Assembly: GCF_001194135.2 (NCBI RefSeq)
Contig: NC_068981.1
Coordinates: 73,394,156 to 73,449,563, forward strand
DNA length: 55,408 nucleotides
Reading direction: 5' to 3'
From: Octopus bimaculoides
Lineage: Eukaryota
The number at the start of each line of letters is the position of its first letter. The stretch's first letter is position 1. A program made the position numbers and the translations under genes. The notes below the pieces were generated by a model. That model was given only the letters and a program-made list of their open reading frames with translations, had not been told where the DNA came from and did no database searches. Of this stretch, positions 11,622-26,570 are shown in pieces.

Positions 11622-12130
11622 CATCATCATCATCATCGTCGTTTAACGTCCGCTTTCCATGCTAGCATGGGTTGGACGATTTGACTGAGGACTGGTGGAC
11701 CAGGAGGCGACACCAGGCTCCAATCTGATTTGGCACAATTTCTACAGCTGGATGCCCTTCCTAACGTCAACCACTCAGAGAGTGTAGTGGGTGCTTTTAC
11801 GTACCACCGGCACGAGGGCCAGTCAGGCGGTAATGGCGACGGCCACGCTCCAAATGGTGTAGTTTATGTTCCACCTGCACAGGAGCCAGTCCATCGGCAC
11901 TGGCAACGATCTGGCTCGAATGTCTTTTCACGTGCCACTGGCACAAGTAAGGCGACGTTGGTAACGATCACGCTGTTGCTATTTACGCGCCACCGGCATG
12001 GAAGCCAGACAGATGCTTTGGTAACGATCGCGCTCAGACGGTGCTCTTAGTGCTCCACTGGTACAGGTGCCATCACGACTTCGCTTTCGCTTGCCCTAAC
12101 AGGTCTTCGCAAGCCGAGTTTAGTGTTCCT
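11622..12130 (-). mobile_element. 5'-truncated RTE LINE 3' end (family B): tandem units, GGAAGGGCATCCAGC domain, tail and (GAT)n
   Basis: Ends in ...CCAACCCATGCTAGCATGGAAAGCGGACGTTAAACGACGATGATG. Its 5' end (AGGTCTTCGCAAGC, ~12101-12114) is colinear with the ORF2-bearing copy at 28142-28545. Confidence 0.85.
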
Positions 12131-12740
12131 ACAAATTTAGAATGGCAAGATATATTTCGTGTACAACAGATAACTATCAATTGTTAGCATCATATTATGG
12201 TGAAGATTTGGATTTCCCAAAGGATGAAAAAGTAGTCTATACAAAATTTGTCTAAGTCTATATACACCATCAGGTTCATGGGTAACTGCAGCTGGTGTTG
12301 TGGAAACTGTTTATAAGAACAATCTTTATAGTACTTTGCTTGCCTTCAAAAACAATCACTAATATCTTGGCATGCAACCATTCTTGCTGGAAACATATCT
12401 GAGGAGTTTAATGTGGACCGGGGTAAATTACACCAAGTTGAGTAAATACGAAATTCTTGTGGGTAATAAGTGAGGACTCATTAGACATAAGTAAAATTAT
12501 ATGAAAAAGGTGTTCATTGTTACAACAGAATTTTTCTTCTGGGAACACCACATCTGCAAATAGATTCATATTAATAGATTCAATAAACATTTTGAATTTA
12601 AAGAATCTACGATTTTCATCCTTTCAATTCAAGGGGGTAACATAAATAGATATATTTTAGGATAATTGGTTAAAAAGTTCCCTGATCCCTGATGTAAGAT
12701 GCTCCCTTGCTAGGCTTGATGCCATAGATTGCAATGAAAT

Positions 12741-12785
12741 AACAAAACACATTTGTGTAAAATATTAATTTTTATATTTTTTATT
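12741..12785 (-). terminator. Candidate distal cleavage/polyadenylation site of Tob
   Basis: Minus strand reads TTTGT-AATAAA (12785-12780)-AAATATAAAAATTAATATTTTACACA-AATGTGTTTTGTTATTTC: hexamer, CA about 25 nt later, GU-rich downstream element and upstream UGUA motifs. Confidence 0.45.
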
Positions 12786-13019
12786 ACAAACTTAAAAATA
12801 ATCAACAATATTACGAAGACAAAGTTGACATAGAACTATTTAGGTACATTTCACAATGCATCACACAGGATACAGCATATTGCACAAGATGTTTAAGTCA
12901 TTTTGTTTTTCAAATCTAAACTTCGTGCTTTGCATTTTTTTAAACAAGGAAAAAAAAAGTTTTAGAAAGAAGAAAGTATTAGGCAAAAATAACATGGACT
13001 GTAGAAAACATATTGTCAT

Positions 13020-15560
<2,541 letters not shown>

Positions 15561-16772
15561 AAAATGTGTGCCCGTGACAACATCCATTTTCATGAAATGA
15601 CACAAATATGATATCAAATTAGCAAATAGCTAGTGTGTAAAGTGTGGAGAGATTTATTGTAAAAATAGATATGTGTGTGTTTGTTTTTTTTTTTTTCTCT
15701 GCTTATGATTTCACATAAATTATCACAATAATAATTAGTTGGCTTGTGAAAAATATTAAGATGGCTAAACATTGTCATTCAGCCATCTCTTTGATGTGTA
15801 TTCTTGGAACTTTTTATTTTTAATTTTTTTTTAAATATTTTATAAAACAATCTAATTTAAGATACACCGTCAGCGTTAGAAACAAAATTAAAACAAAAAT
15901 TAAAAAAAACATTGATAAACTTAAGAGAGAGATCAAATAGAAATCAATAAAAAATAGAAGAGATTATCTCTGTAAAAATTGCCATCAGAAAGTAAGCAAA
16001 ACTATATACATACGGTTTGAAAATAACAAAATAATTCTTTTTTTTTTCTTTTGTCTCACAAGTTAAAAATTATTTTTAACCAATAAAAAAAAAACAACAA
16101 GAAACACCACCATAGTACTGAAATGGTTGCTATCATTAATTTTCTCATTGATGAACTGTTAGGTTCTTCCTGAAACAATGTTGAACTCATCATGAAATTA
16201 TCATAAAACAATAAATATTTAAATATTAAGAAATAGTGGTAGTTATTTGTTATGTACACTATTTTGATAAGCTTTCATTGTTTTTATAACTGGAAAACAT
16301 TGGAATTGTGTCCAATAATTTGTATGCCCATTGTTTTCAAATTACCATTGCTATTATTTTCATTATTAATTTATTAATGAGTGTAGATTCAAGGTTAATT
16401 ATCATCAGTGAGCTACACCTGAAATTCTGTATTTAATTCCTGATTGGACACCCTTATATTTCTTACATTCAGTGCTAGTATCCTTGAAGAAAAGGTATAA
16501 ATGTCACAACTTCCCATTTCTCCTCCCACTAAAAGTGTCAGGATTCATGCTTTATATGAAAAGCAATATTTATTGTTAGTGTTTTGTGGAAAAGATTGGT
16601 ACACATAATATGTAAGTATGAAAATAGAATTGACTTTTATCAAAAATTGATATTATATTTCTTCAAATGTTACATGAATGTTGAAAATTTTCAGATATTA
16701 TTCCACAAAATATGTAAGATGCCTAAAATATTAGGCTCGAAACACCCAACGAAAATTTGCTATGCCATAGAC

Positions 16773-16995
16773 CATACACCCTTAAGGATATAACAATATA
16801 GGGAAAGTAAAAATATTTGAGAGTCCTGAAAAATTTCAAAGAAGCCTCAAAGAATATCAAGGTACTAGTGATGTAATACAAACAGATTTATCATATGCCC
16901 TTAATGAGAAAGTAAAAAAGTTCAAGAGTTCTGAAATATTTCACAGAAATCTCAAAGAATATCAAGATATAAGTTGATGTAATGCAAATTGATTG
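16773..16995. repeat. Diverged ~105-bp tandem duplication
   Basis: GAAAGTAAAAA...GAG(A)GT(C/T)CTGAAA(A/T)ATTTCA...CTCAAAGAATATCAAG...TGATGTAAT(A/G)CAAA starts at 16803 and again at 16908. Confidence 0.8.
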
Positions 16996-18361
16996 ACTAT
17001 ACATCAATTTCAGTTAAACTATTCAGAAGAAAATTTACAGATTTATTGAAAATTTATAAACACCTGAACCATCATTGTCAAATAGACATCATTTTATTTT
17101 CATCTTCATTCTCCTATCTTACCTCTTTAATTATATATTCCTATATCAATAGCCATCACGCTTGCATGTTAAAAAATCTGCAACCAAAGAGATGTGCGTT
17201 TATGTTTACAAGATCTGACATTGATACTCTTATAGAGGTCTTTTTCTTGATTAATTTTCTGCTGTTGTCTAAGTTAATACTGCCTTACACTATTATTCTA
17301 AAGAAATAAAATCTAGGGTGTCATTACAAAAGTCTTTGAATGAAACAATAATGAGTCGTTTGCAACATTATTTCTTAAAATTCATGCAGTATTAAAACTG
17401 ACAGGTTTATTGAAAGGAAAACAGAATGGAAAGAAAAAAGAACTGAAAAGATAAAAATATGAAATTACTGATAATTAGAATATATTTACCTGGTGCATTG
17501 TAGGTAATAAGTAATAAAAATGATAGAAGCTGAAGTGACCCAAGGAAATCTGTATGAAATACAGACACAGATGACATGCTAAAAACACTGACTCATATAG
17601 AAAGTATCTTTTGCAAGTTCAATACAAACTTACAGATATTCTTTCGAATATGTTGTAAATTAATCAGCTGGTTTATTGATGGTTACAACAGTTGTTCACA
17701 AATTTAAGTTATAATTGGATATACTAAAGAGTTTTAATAGTATTTTTTCTTAATTTTTTTTTTTTTTTTTTCAAATTTTTGGATATTGTATTTAAATATC
17801 ATTTAAATGTTTCTGAACACAAGAGGGCATTAGAGAAACAATATAGCCACCAAGAAAGTAAAAAAATAAAATAAAATAAAAAAAAAAACAACAGATTCAG
17901 ACATTTTAACAATACTATAAAAAAATAAATTANNNNNNNNNNNNNNNNNNNNNNNNNNNNNNNNNNNNNNNNNNNNNNNNNNNNNNNNNNNNNNNNNNNN
18001 NNNNNNNNNNNNNNNNNNNNNNNNNNNNNNNNNNNNNNNNNNNNNNNNNNNNNNNNNNNNNNNNNNNNNNNNNNNNNNNNNNNNNNNNNNNNNNNNNNNN
18101 NNNNNNNNNNNNNNNNNNNNNNNNNNNNNNNNNNNNNNNNNNNNNNNNNNNNNNNNNNNNNNNNNNNNNNNNNNNNNNNNNNNNNNNNNNNNNNNNNNNN
18201 NNNNNNNNNNNNNNNNNNNNNNNNNNNNNNNNNNNNNNNNNNNNNNNNNNNNNNNNNNNNNNNNNNNNNNNNNNNNNNNNNNNNNNNNNNNNNNNNNNNN
18301 NNNNNNNNNNNNNNNNNNNNNNNNNNNNNNNNNNNNNNNNNNNNNNNNNNNNNNNNNNNNN

Positions 18362-18409
<48 letters not shown>

Positions 18410-18535
18410 ACACACACATATACACACTCATATATATATACATATATAGCCATATACATAATTACATATATGTATACATACATATACAGACACATATATA
18501 TACATACATATACATACATACACATATATGTATAC

Positions 18536-18569
<34 letters not shown>

Positions 18570-19196
18570 AAATACATACATATATACATGTATGTGTGTG
18601 TGTGTGTGTATATATAAATAAATACATATACACGTATATATGCGTGTGTGTATATATATATATATATATATACATATATGCATACATATATACATACATT
18701 CATATATATTTATATATATATTTATATATATATATATANNNNNNNNNNNNNNNNNNNNNNNNNNNNNNNNNNNNNNNNNNNNNNNNNNNNNNNNNNNNNN
18801 NNNNNNNNNNNNNNNNNNNNNNNNNNNNNNNNNNNNNNNNNNNNNNNNNNNNNNNNNNNNNNNNNNNNNNNNNNNNNNNNNNNNNNNNNNNNNNNNNNNN
18901 NNNNNNNNNNNNNNNNNNNNNNNNNNNNNNNNNNNNNNNNNNNNNNNNNNNNNNNNNNNNNNNNNNNNNNNNNNNNNNNNNNNNNNNNNNNNNNNNNNNN
19001 NNNNNNNNNNNNNNNNNNNNNNNNNNNNNNNNNNNNNNNNNNNNNNNNNNNNNNNNNNNNNNNNNNNNNNNNNNNNNNNNNNNNNNNNNNNNNNNNNNNN
19101 NNNNNNNNNNNNNNNNNNNNNNNNNNNNNNNNNNNNNNNNNNNNNNNNNNNNNNNNNNNNNNNNNNNNNNNNNNNNNNNNNNNNNNNNNNNNNNNN

Positions 19197-19247
<51 letters not shown>

Positions 19248-19320
19248 ATGCATATATATATATATACATATATGTATAAGTATATATTGATGCATGCATA
19301 CATACATTACAGATACATAC

Positions 19321-19351
<31 letters not shown>

Positions 19352-19370
19352 CATACATACACATATATTG
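18362..19370. repeat. (TA)n/(TACA)n microsatellites around N gaps
   Basis: Direct reading. Confidence 0.95.
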
Positions 19371-21602
19371 ATTGAATTTATACTAATTTGAAATTTAGAG
19401 CACGGTAAAAAAGATATATTCGTTTTAAGTGATGTTTACTTTTTAGATTTTATTTCTTCCTTTTTTTTTAAAGAAAAAAATTACATATAAATATTTTTAA
19501 AATACATAAGTTTTTTGTTTTTTAAATTTCATGATATTTTTTCCATCCTGTCTTCTTGATCACATTATGCCTTATTTCCGAGCATACATTTTAAGTTACA
19601 GTGTGTGTGTGGTTGTGTATCTTATACTGTGATAGTGTGTTTCATTTTAAACCATGTTCAATACATCTAAACGATTACTAAATTATATTCAAGATAGCTT
19701 TTAGAACCTATAATTTTGAAAAGTTTTCATAAGAAAACACACACTTAAAACCGTTAGTGGGATTGACAAAACTTCTTGTACAAGGTCATGTTAACTTGCT
19801 TTTATGTCTTCAAGTCATCCCAACCTTGAAGAAGGATAAGCTTTGCAAGTTGGCCTTACTCTCAGTTATACCACATGAAGACGAGATCATCTGTAGGGCA
19901 TTAAATATGCAATGAATGAGATATTTCATGAGTTATAGAATATTCTATTAAGATTTAAACCTGAGTCATTTTTAGTTTTCCTGTTATTTCTACTATTAAT
20001 AAAATAATTGAGACATACTTGATATATGTATATGACATTTACCAAACGTGTATAGGTTTAAATATGTATGCTTGTCACTAATATATATATAATTTTGGTA
20101 TTAATACCATTTGTATCACTAAAATTTATTTTTTATGTTAAAATACATTTGAATTTAAATATGTTTTAGCACATGTTAAAATACATAGTAATTTATATAT
20201 GTTTAAATATATGTTAAAATACATTGCAATTAAAAGTAATTTCTTTCATCTAGGACCTTTTACTAAAATAGGTTTTAAAAACATACTTTTAAAAAATTTA
20301 CTGTCAATTCAATTGACTTTATAGGAATGAAAGCAAGGTCAATCCTAACAGAATGGCAGGGTGCCAAACTAGACACAATAAAGCAATTATTTTGACTATG
20401 TGTTTAGTCCATTGATATGTTATCAGCTTTAATTGATCAATACACATATATACAAACATGTGTGTGTGTGTGTGTATATATATATTCCAGCTCAGTATAT
20501 TAACACTATAATTTATAATCAATTCAACATCAATCATCTTTCACATAACCTTCTGCAATAGTATCACCATAGAGGAATGGAAGCTAAAAATATGGAAATT
20601 TATAAATATCAACAAAAATAGAATTTTTTTCAGCATATATATATATATTTTAACTCCTTTTCACTGATACAATTTAAATAAATGCCTCAGATTTACACAC
20701 AGATACTTACACACATGTGTATGCAAGAATTAGTATGCATACATTGTTAGGCATACACGAATACAAACACACACTGCCCTTACATATAGCTTTCAAAGAA
20801 AGTGAGCTGAATACAATTTTAAAAATAAGAATAAATGTTAGGTTAAAAAGTCAAATGATAAAATTCTGCCATTTTAAGAATATACATGTTTTGAAAATAA
20901 TATAATAAAAAGTATGGAAAAATAAAAGAAAAAGACTATTTGTTTCCAAAAACAATTCTGGCCAACAAAATAAAATACCCTTTATATGAAAAGGAACAGC
21001 TGGTTGCAGTAATTAAAAAATATATATATATATATTTAATCTCTTGGATTTTTTTAAATATTTTTTTCCATATATTTTTAAACAATGAATTTAAGGAATA
21101 TCTAGGTAGAAAATACTGCTGGTTGATATTGATATTATACAGGGTTAATGTTAGGGGAAATATTGGCTATGAATCATTTTTTAAAAATCTTTTTTTTTTT
21201 CTTTTTTGAAAGTTGCTGTTATATTCTTCAAAAAAATGTACATTGGATTCACATACATAATGGATGTGATAAAAGTGGCATAGCCACATCAAAAGCCTCA
21301 CAACATGCATAGAAAAATCTAAACTAGAGCTAGCAATATATTACAGATCTTTGGGAAGGTAAACAGAAAAAAAACCCTACACCAAGAACTGACTTTATGA
21401 AATTGCTCTTCAAAAGATGAAAGAAAACTATCCCAAAGATTGGATCAAATAAAGTTTAGCCAAATTGATATGCAAAAAAAAACTAAAAAAAATTTTTTTA
21501 TAGTCAACCTGAATATAAAATGGAATGGGGCAAAAAGAAAAACCAATATTGTGGAGGGAGTGAAGTTAAAAATTGTTGGTGATACTGCAGTTATTATTCA
21601 TG

Positions 21603-21670
<68 letters not shown>

Positions 21671-23302
21671 TTTTATCTGCCTCATCTTTTGTTTAAAAAT
21701 GTTCAAATTTAAGTAAAATTCATTCTCTTCCCTACCCAGATTCATGGAGGAAGAAGGAGAGATAAGCAAAAATATAAGACTGAACAAATTCATTCTCACA
21801 GTATTTTTTAATATTGTGAGTTATAATAAATATATTTTTGGTACTCTCTGCATGAACCACAGAATCAAAGTAAGATTGTGACTTAATGTTCAGTCTTTTT
21901 ATATACATATGCATGAGCAGGCTATATATATATATGCATACATACACATCTTCACATACATATATATGTATAGCACATTGTTATATAAATTCACATATTG
22001 GGCATAGTACACAGGTTGCTAATATGTGTCTTATTTCTTCTTTAAATTTTCAATTTTTTTAAAATGAATATCAATTATGCAGGTTAAATACAATAAAATT
22101 TTTATCATCAAATAAATTTTTGCAAAGTTATGAAAGTATTGTGGCTTCAGAATTTGACTATTTCATATTTTCCATTATTTTTAATATACATTATTTGGGA
22201 TAAATAAACAAGCATAATAGGCTTGCATATTCTGTAATTATATGTATGTGTTTGTATATATATATATATATATATATACCAACTTCCTCTGTGTGTATGG
22301 TTTGCATGTGTTTACAAAAAGAACAAATTTTAATTTATGTATCTATGTAAACTATATTCAATAGTAAAGTAGAATGGATGCAAATAAACAACAAGCATAG
22401 AAATGATTTTAGATAAATAAAACTTGATCTCATTTATTTTTTGCAAATATTTTACTAAACTTCAATCTTTAAAGAAAAGCAATTCAAAATATTATCAGCT
22501 AACACACACGTACATCTATAANNNNNNNNNNNNNNNNNNNNNNNNNNNNNNNNNNNNNNNNNNNNNNNNNNNNNNNNNNNNNNNNNNNNNNNNNNNNNNN
22601 NNNNNNNNNNNNNNNNNNNNNNNNNNNNNNNNNNNNNNNNNNNNNNNNNNNNNNNNNNNNNNNNNNNNNNNNNNNNNNNNNNNNNNNNNNNNNNNNNNNN
22701 NNNNNNNNNNNNNNNNNNNNNNNNNNNNNNNNNNNNNNNNNNNNNNNNNNNNNNNNNNNNNNNNNNNNNNNNNNNNNNNNNNNNNNNNNNNNNNNNNNNN
22801 NNNNNNNNNNNNNNNNNNNNNNNNNNNNNNNNNNNNNNNNNNNNNNNNNNNNNNNNNNNNNNNNNNNNNNNNNNNNNNNNNNNNNNNNNNNNNNNNNNNN
22901 NNNNNNNNNNNNNNNNNNNNNNNNNNNNNNNNNNNNNNNNNNNNNNNNNNNNNNNNNNNNNNNNNNNNNNNNNNNNNNNNNNNNNNNNNNNNNNNNNNNN
23001 NNNNNNNNNNNNNNNNNNNNNNNNNNNNNNNNNNNNNNNNNNNNNNNNNNNNNNNNNNNNNNNNNNNNNNNNNNNNNNNNNNNNNNNNNNNNNNNNNNNN
23101 NNNNNNNNNNNNNNNNNNNNNNNNNNNNNNNNNNNNNNNNNNNNNNNNNNNNNNNNNNNNNNNNNNNNNNNNNNNNNNNNNNNNNNNNNNNNNNNNNNNN
23201 NNNNNNNNNNNNNNNNNNNNNNNNNNNNNNNNNNNNNNNNNNNNNNNNNNNNNNNNNNNNNNNNNNNNNNNNNNNNNNNNNNNNNNNNNNNNNNNNNNNN
23301 NN

Positions 23303-23333
<31 letters not shown>

Positions 23334-23483
23334 AAACAAAAAAAAACAGTAATCTAATTTGTACAAGATGTAGGAGGAATAATTTAAAGATATTTTAATG
23401 GTAAATAAAATAATTATTACAGAGAAGAAATACAAAGAATATTTTCAGCAGTTAAAAATTTAAAAAAGAAATATTTAAAGTTT

Positions 23484-25256
23484 TTAGTTGGCAACAAGTA
23501 AATGATGGAATTGGTTGTTATATGCAGGATTGCCTATGTTGCTCAGAGCTTCTATGAAAGACTTACGACTGTCTGGGAGTAAAGGGTTGCTAGGACTTAA
23601 AGTGTTGGGCATAAAATCAGTGAAGGGCAAGCTGCCATGAGCTGGAGACAGTTGAAAAGGGTTTGAAAGTGGTGACTGGTAAAAATCCCGAAGAGTCAAA
23701 CCAGTTGATGATGGAGAGGGCAAAGGTGGTTGAGGAGATGATTGGTGTGGTTGTGTTTGAGAATTTCCTGGTTGTAAGAGAGTCTGATTGAGTTGTTGGT
23801 GGTGAGGTAGTGGAGAAGTTGCTGTCACATCATGGGAGGGTACTGGTGAGAGCAGAGTTGACTGAGAAGCAACTATTGGTTTTTGATTCACAGATGCCAT
23901 ATATCTATGATGTGGATGCTGCACTTGCTGTTGCTGTGGTTGTTGATGGTGTTGCTCAAATAAAAATTCAATCCTTGGATCACGGGGAGAGAGAGATCTG
24001 GGTCGGGTGGCCAGTGTTGTGCCAGGGGCTGATGAACCTGGGCTAGGGTGACCAAAACCCATGCCAACTCGAAGTGCAGAATTAGCTAAAGTTGGTGAAA
24101 CACCAACTGCAGGTACATTTGTTTGGGGAGCAGGTCCAATTAGACTACCACCAGTAGGGGTCACTGGTGAAGACTGGAGGGATGAACCAGCAGCTCTTTG
24201 TCGGAAGTAGTTTCGAAATTCAATAGGAGATAATCTAGTTGGACGTTTCACCTGGCTCTTCAGTTTGGTTGAGCCAAACTTAGTCTGTGCAAATGATGAA
24301 GCTGTGAATTGTGGAGATGTCAGGTTTGGTTTGGTTAGAAAAGATGTAGGCCTTGAGGCAATGACAGGAGTAGCACTGGTAATGACCGGACTTGACAGCT
24401 GACAAGATGGGACAGTTGCAGAAGGAGAAACTGAAGCTGCAGCAGTTGAAATGTTAGTATTACTTGAATTGTTAGCATTGTTACTGGTGGTGTTGGTACT
24501 GTTGTTGTTGTTGTTGTTGTTATTATCATTGTTATTATTATTATTATTATGATTATTAATGTTGTTGTTGTTGTTATTAGATATGGACAAATTAGATATG
24601 GCAGCAACTGTAGTAGAAACAACTTCAGGAGATGGAGCATGAACAACAGTAACTGTTGTTGAACCAGGAGCCTGATTACCAACTGTGGACATATTAGTAC
24701 TTGCAGCTGAATTGAAGAGAGTAGTGGACGGGGAAGCGGCTGTACTCCAACCAGCAGGTGAAGTTGGGGATGACGGAGATAGACTTAAACTACTCAATGA
24801 AGATGATACAGAATCTATTGGCTTAAAGCACTGAGCTTCTGGGTTGAAGCCTTTGTTTGCTGCCTGTACTTCATGATCAACAGTATCAAGAAGTTCATCA
24901 TCTTTCTTGTCACTATATAAAATTTTGACAGTGCCTTTCTCGCTAAGACGGTATGACACTTCAGACGGATCAATCCAAAGAGTTAAATCAGCTGGTAGAT
25001 AACTTCTGACTTCACCAATCTCTAAGCCGCTTCCATAAACAGCCTTCTCAATATCAGGATCGACTTTTTCTCCATTAACTCGAATACATCGGTAGGCTGA
25101 ACCCTTATTGGGTCGTTCAGGATACCAGTGGCCATTAAATTTTGTTTTCATACGCTTTTCAAGTTCATGACCAAACATATCCACACGTCGTCGGGGAAGT
25201 TTGTTGTAAAGATAGGAAATAATGAAGTTAAGAGCTACAGACACTTCAACATGCAT
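23484..25256 (-). CDS. Tob: Tob (transducer of ERBB2, BTG/Tob family) anti-proliferative protein / CAF1-CCR4-NOT deadenylase adaptor, 590 aa, single coding exon
   Basis: N-terminal BTG/APRO domain with Box A (HWYPERPNKGSAYRCIRVN) and Box B (LPADLTLWIDPSEVSYRLSE). Also a PAM2 motif (FNPEAQCFKP, aa 137-146), the Tob-specific FAQTKFGSTKLK motif, and a C-terminus YNNQFHHLLVAN resembling vertebrate Tob ...QQFQPVMAN. In-frame TAA lies 6 nt upstream of the ATG; context is AAACATG. Confidence 0.97.
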   Translation of the reverse strand: MHVEVSVALNFIISYLYNKLPRRRVDMFGHELEKRMKTKFNGHWYPERPNKGSAYRCIRVNGEKVDPDIEKAVYGSGLEIGEVRSYLPADLTLWIDPSEVSYRLSEKGTVKILYSDKKDDELLDTVDHEVQAANKGFNPEAQCFKPIDSVSSSLSSLSLSPSSPTSPAGWSTAASPSTTLFNSAASTNMSTVGNQAPGSTTVTVVHAPSPEVVSTTVAAISNLSISNNNNNNINNHNNNNNNNDNNNNNNNNSTNTTSNNANNSSNTNISTAAASVSPSATVPSCQLSSPVITSATPVIASRPTSFLTKPNLTSPQFTASSFAQTKFGSTKLKSQVKRPTRLSPIEFRNYFRQRAAGSSLQSSPVTPTGGSLIGPAPQTNVPAVGVSPTLANSALRVGMGFGHPSPGSSAPGTTLATRPRSLSPRDPRIEFLFEQHHQQPQQQQVQHPHHRYMASVNQKPIVASQSTLLSPVPSHDVTATSPLPHHQQLNQTLLQPGNSQTQPHQSSPQPPLPSPSSTGLTLRDFYQSPLSNPFQLSPAHGSLPFTDFMPNTLSPSNPLLPDSRKSFIEALSNIGNPAYNNQFHHLLVAN

Positions 25257-25385
25257 GTTTTAGTTCCTTGGTAACACTGTCAAAAATTCAATGCAAAATC
25301 TTGTTTAGATTGTTGTCTGTTATTCTTCACTTTGCTCCTTTGGCAAGTTAAATAAACTTTTTGCAAAAAGTTTTATCACGTTCTC

Positions 25386-25425
25386 CTGAAAATAGACAAA
25401 GAAAAAAGAAAATATAGATTTTTAC
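25386..25425 (-). other. 3' splice acceptor of the Tob 5'-UTR intron; the exon begins at 25385 (129 nt of 5' UTR before the ATG)
   Basis: Minus strand: TATATTTTCTTTTTTCTTTGTCTATTTTCAG|GAGAAC, a strong polypyrimidine tract plus CAG. This matches the known Tob gene plan of a non-coding first exon and one coding exon. Confidence 0.85.
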
Positions 25426-26408
25426 AACTAAATTTGTACAGTACGAAGGGAAACATGTGCAATATACATCTGTTTAATAACTCCATTACACAGACATATC
25501 AACACTGTCAATTTTAAATGCAGTCTGTCATACATGGGGATACATACCAGTTACATTCATATGTATGTATGCATGTATATATATGTGTGTTTGAGTGTGT
25601 GTGTGCATGTGCACATGTATGAATAAATATTCATCTTAATATTCAAACATCAAATTATTTCATTGTTTTATTTTTTGTCCAACTTCATGCCAGCATAAAG
25701 AAAGAAATACTAAAATGATATGGATATGTCCACATACAGCCAAATTCAAAATTTCATATTCAACTCCTGGAACATTCAGTATTGTCACTCAACCTGCTAG
25801 AAATAGTAATTAAATTTTCTTCACAAACTAACCCGCTATCATAAAAGAAAGTCAAGGTCCATATTAGCTCATATAGTCCTTAATGTACTCTTTTAAAAGA
25901 CAGGTTGGTCACAGCTAGAATGCTTTGATCATAAATCTGCACCATTAAAGGTAACCTGATGTTAAACAACAGCAATAACCATACATTTTCTCTTGGTTGT
26001 TATATAATTTATAATGACTTTTTTATTTAGAACTTTGAAGTTTAACTCTTTTTTTCTTTTCTACTATTTTTATGTTTTTGTTTCATTGAATCCTACATTT
26101 AGTTATAGATTTGAGCAAAGACTTGCAAAGTAAGTTATTGAAATATATAGTATGCTACTGATGCTGAATCATTCAAATTAACTAAGAGCACAGAGTTCAT
26201 TATTCAATGACCAATAGATGTTTATATGTAGCTGACTTTTCAAATAGTTTTAATGGAGTGCAAAACTAAATAATTTTGAAAGAGCAACAAAAATTAATTG
26301 CAATTTGAACTAATGGGATTTAGTTTAAGAGGCTTTTGGAGATGATACCAGCAAAGACTGAAGTGAAAGAATACCACATGTTCAATGATTAACAGTCAAA
26401 ACTTGTGT

Positions 26409-26570
26409 ATCATCATCATCATCGTTTAACGTCCGCTTTCCATGCTAGCATGGGTTGGACGATTTGACTGAGGACTGGTGAAACCGGATGGCAACACCAG
26501 GCTCCAGTCTGATTTGGCAGAGTTTCTACAGCTGGATGCCCTTCCTAACGCCAACCACTCAGAGAGTGTA
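26409..26570 (-). mobile_element. Short 3' fragment of family B (RTE tail)
   Basis: CATCATCATCGTTTAACGTCCGCTTTCCATGCTAGCATGGGTTGGACG...GGATGCCCTTCCTAACGCCAACCACTC. Confidence 0.9.

Noticed and set aside
11256-12064. CRISPR-like look of palindromic GTGCCGGTGGCAC repeats with intervening sequence
   Set aside because: The 'spacers' are homologous to one another, the array is part of a multi-copy RTE LINE 3' UTR, the context is eukaryotic and there are no cas genes.
23330-23483. CPE-like UUUUAAAU (23465-23458) and AU-rich motifs just after the Tob stop
   Set aside because: Expected by chance in such AT-rich sequence; would need conservation or CLIP data.
23810-24682. ORFs overlapping Tob (23810-24046 +, 24335-24682 -)
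   Set aside because: Shadow frames of a low-complexity coding region; no recognisable motifs.
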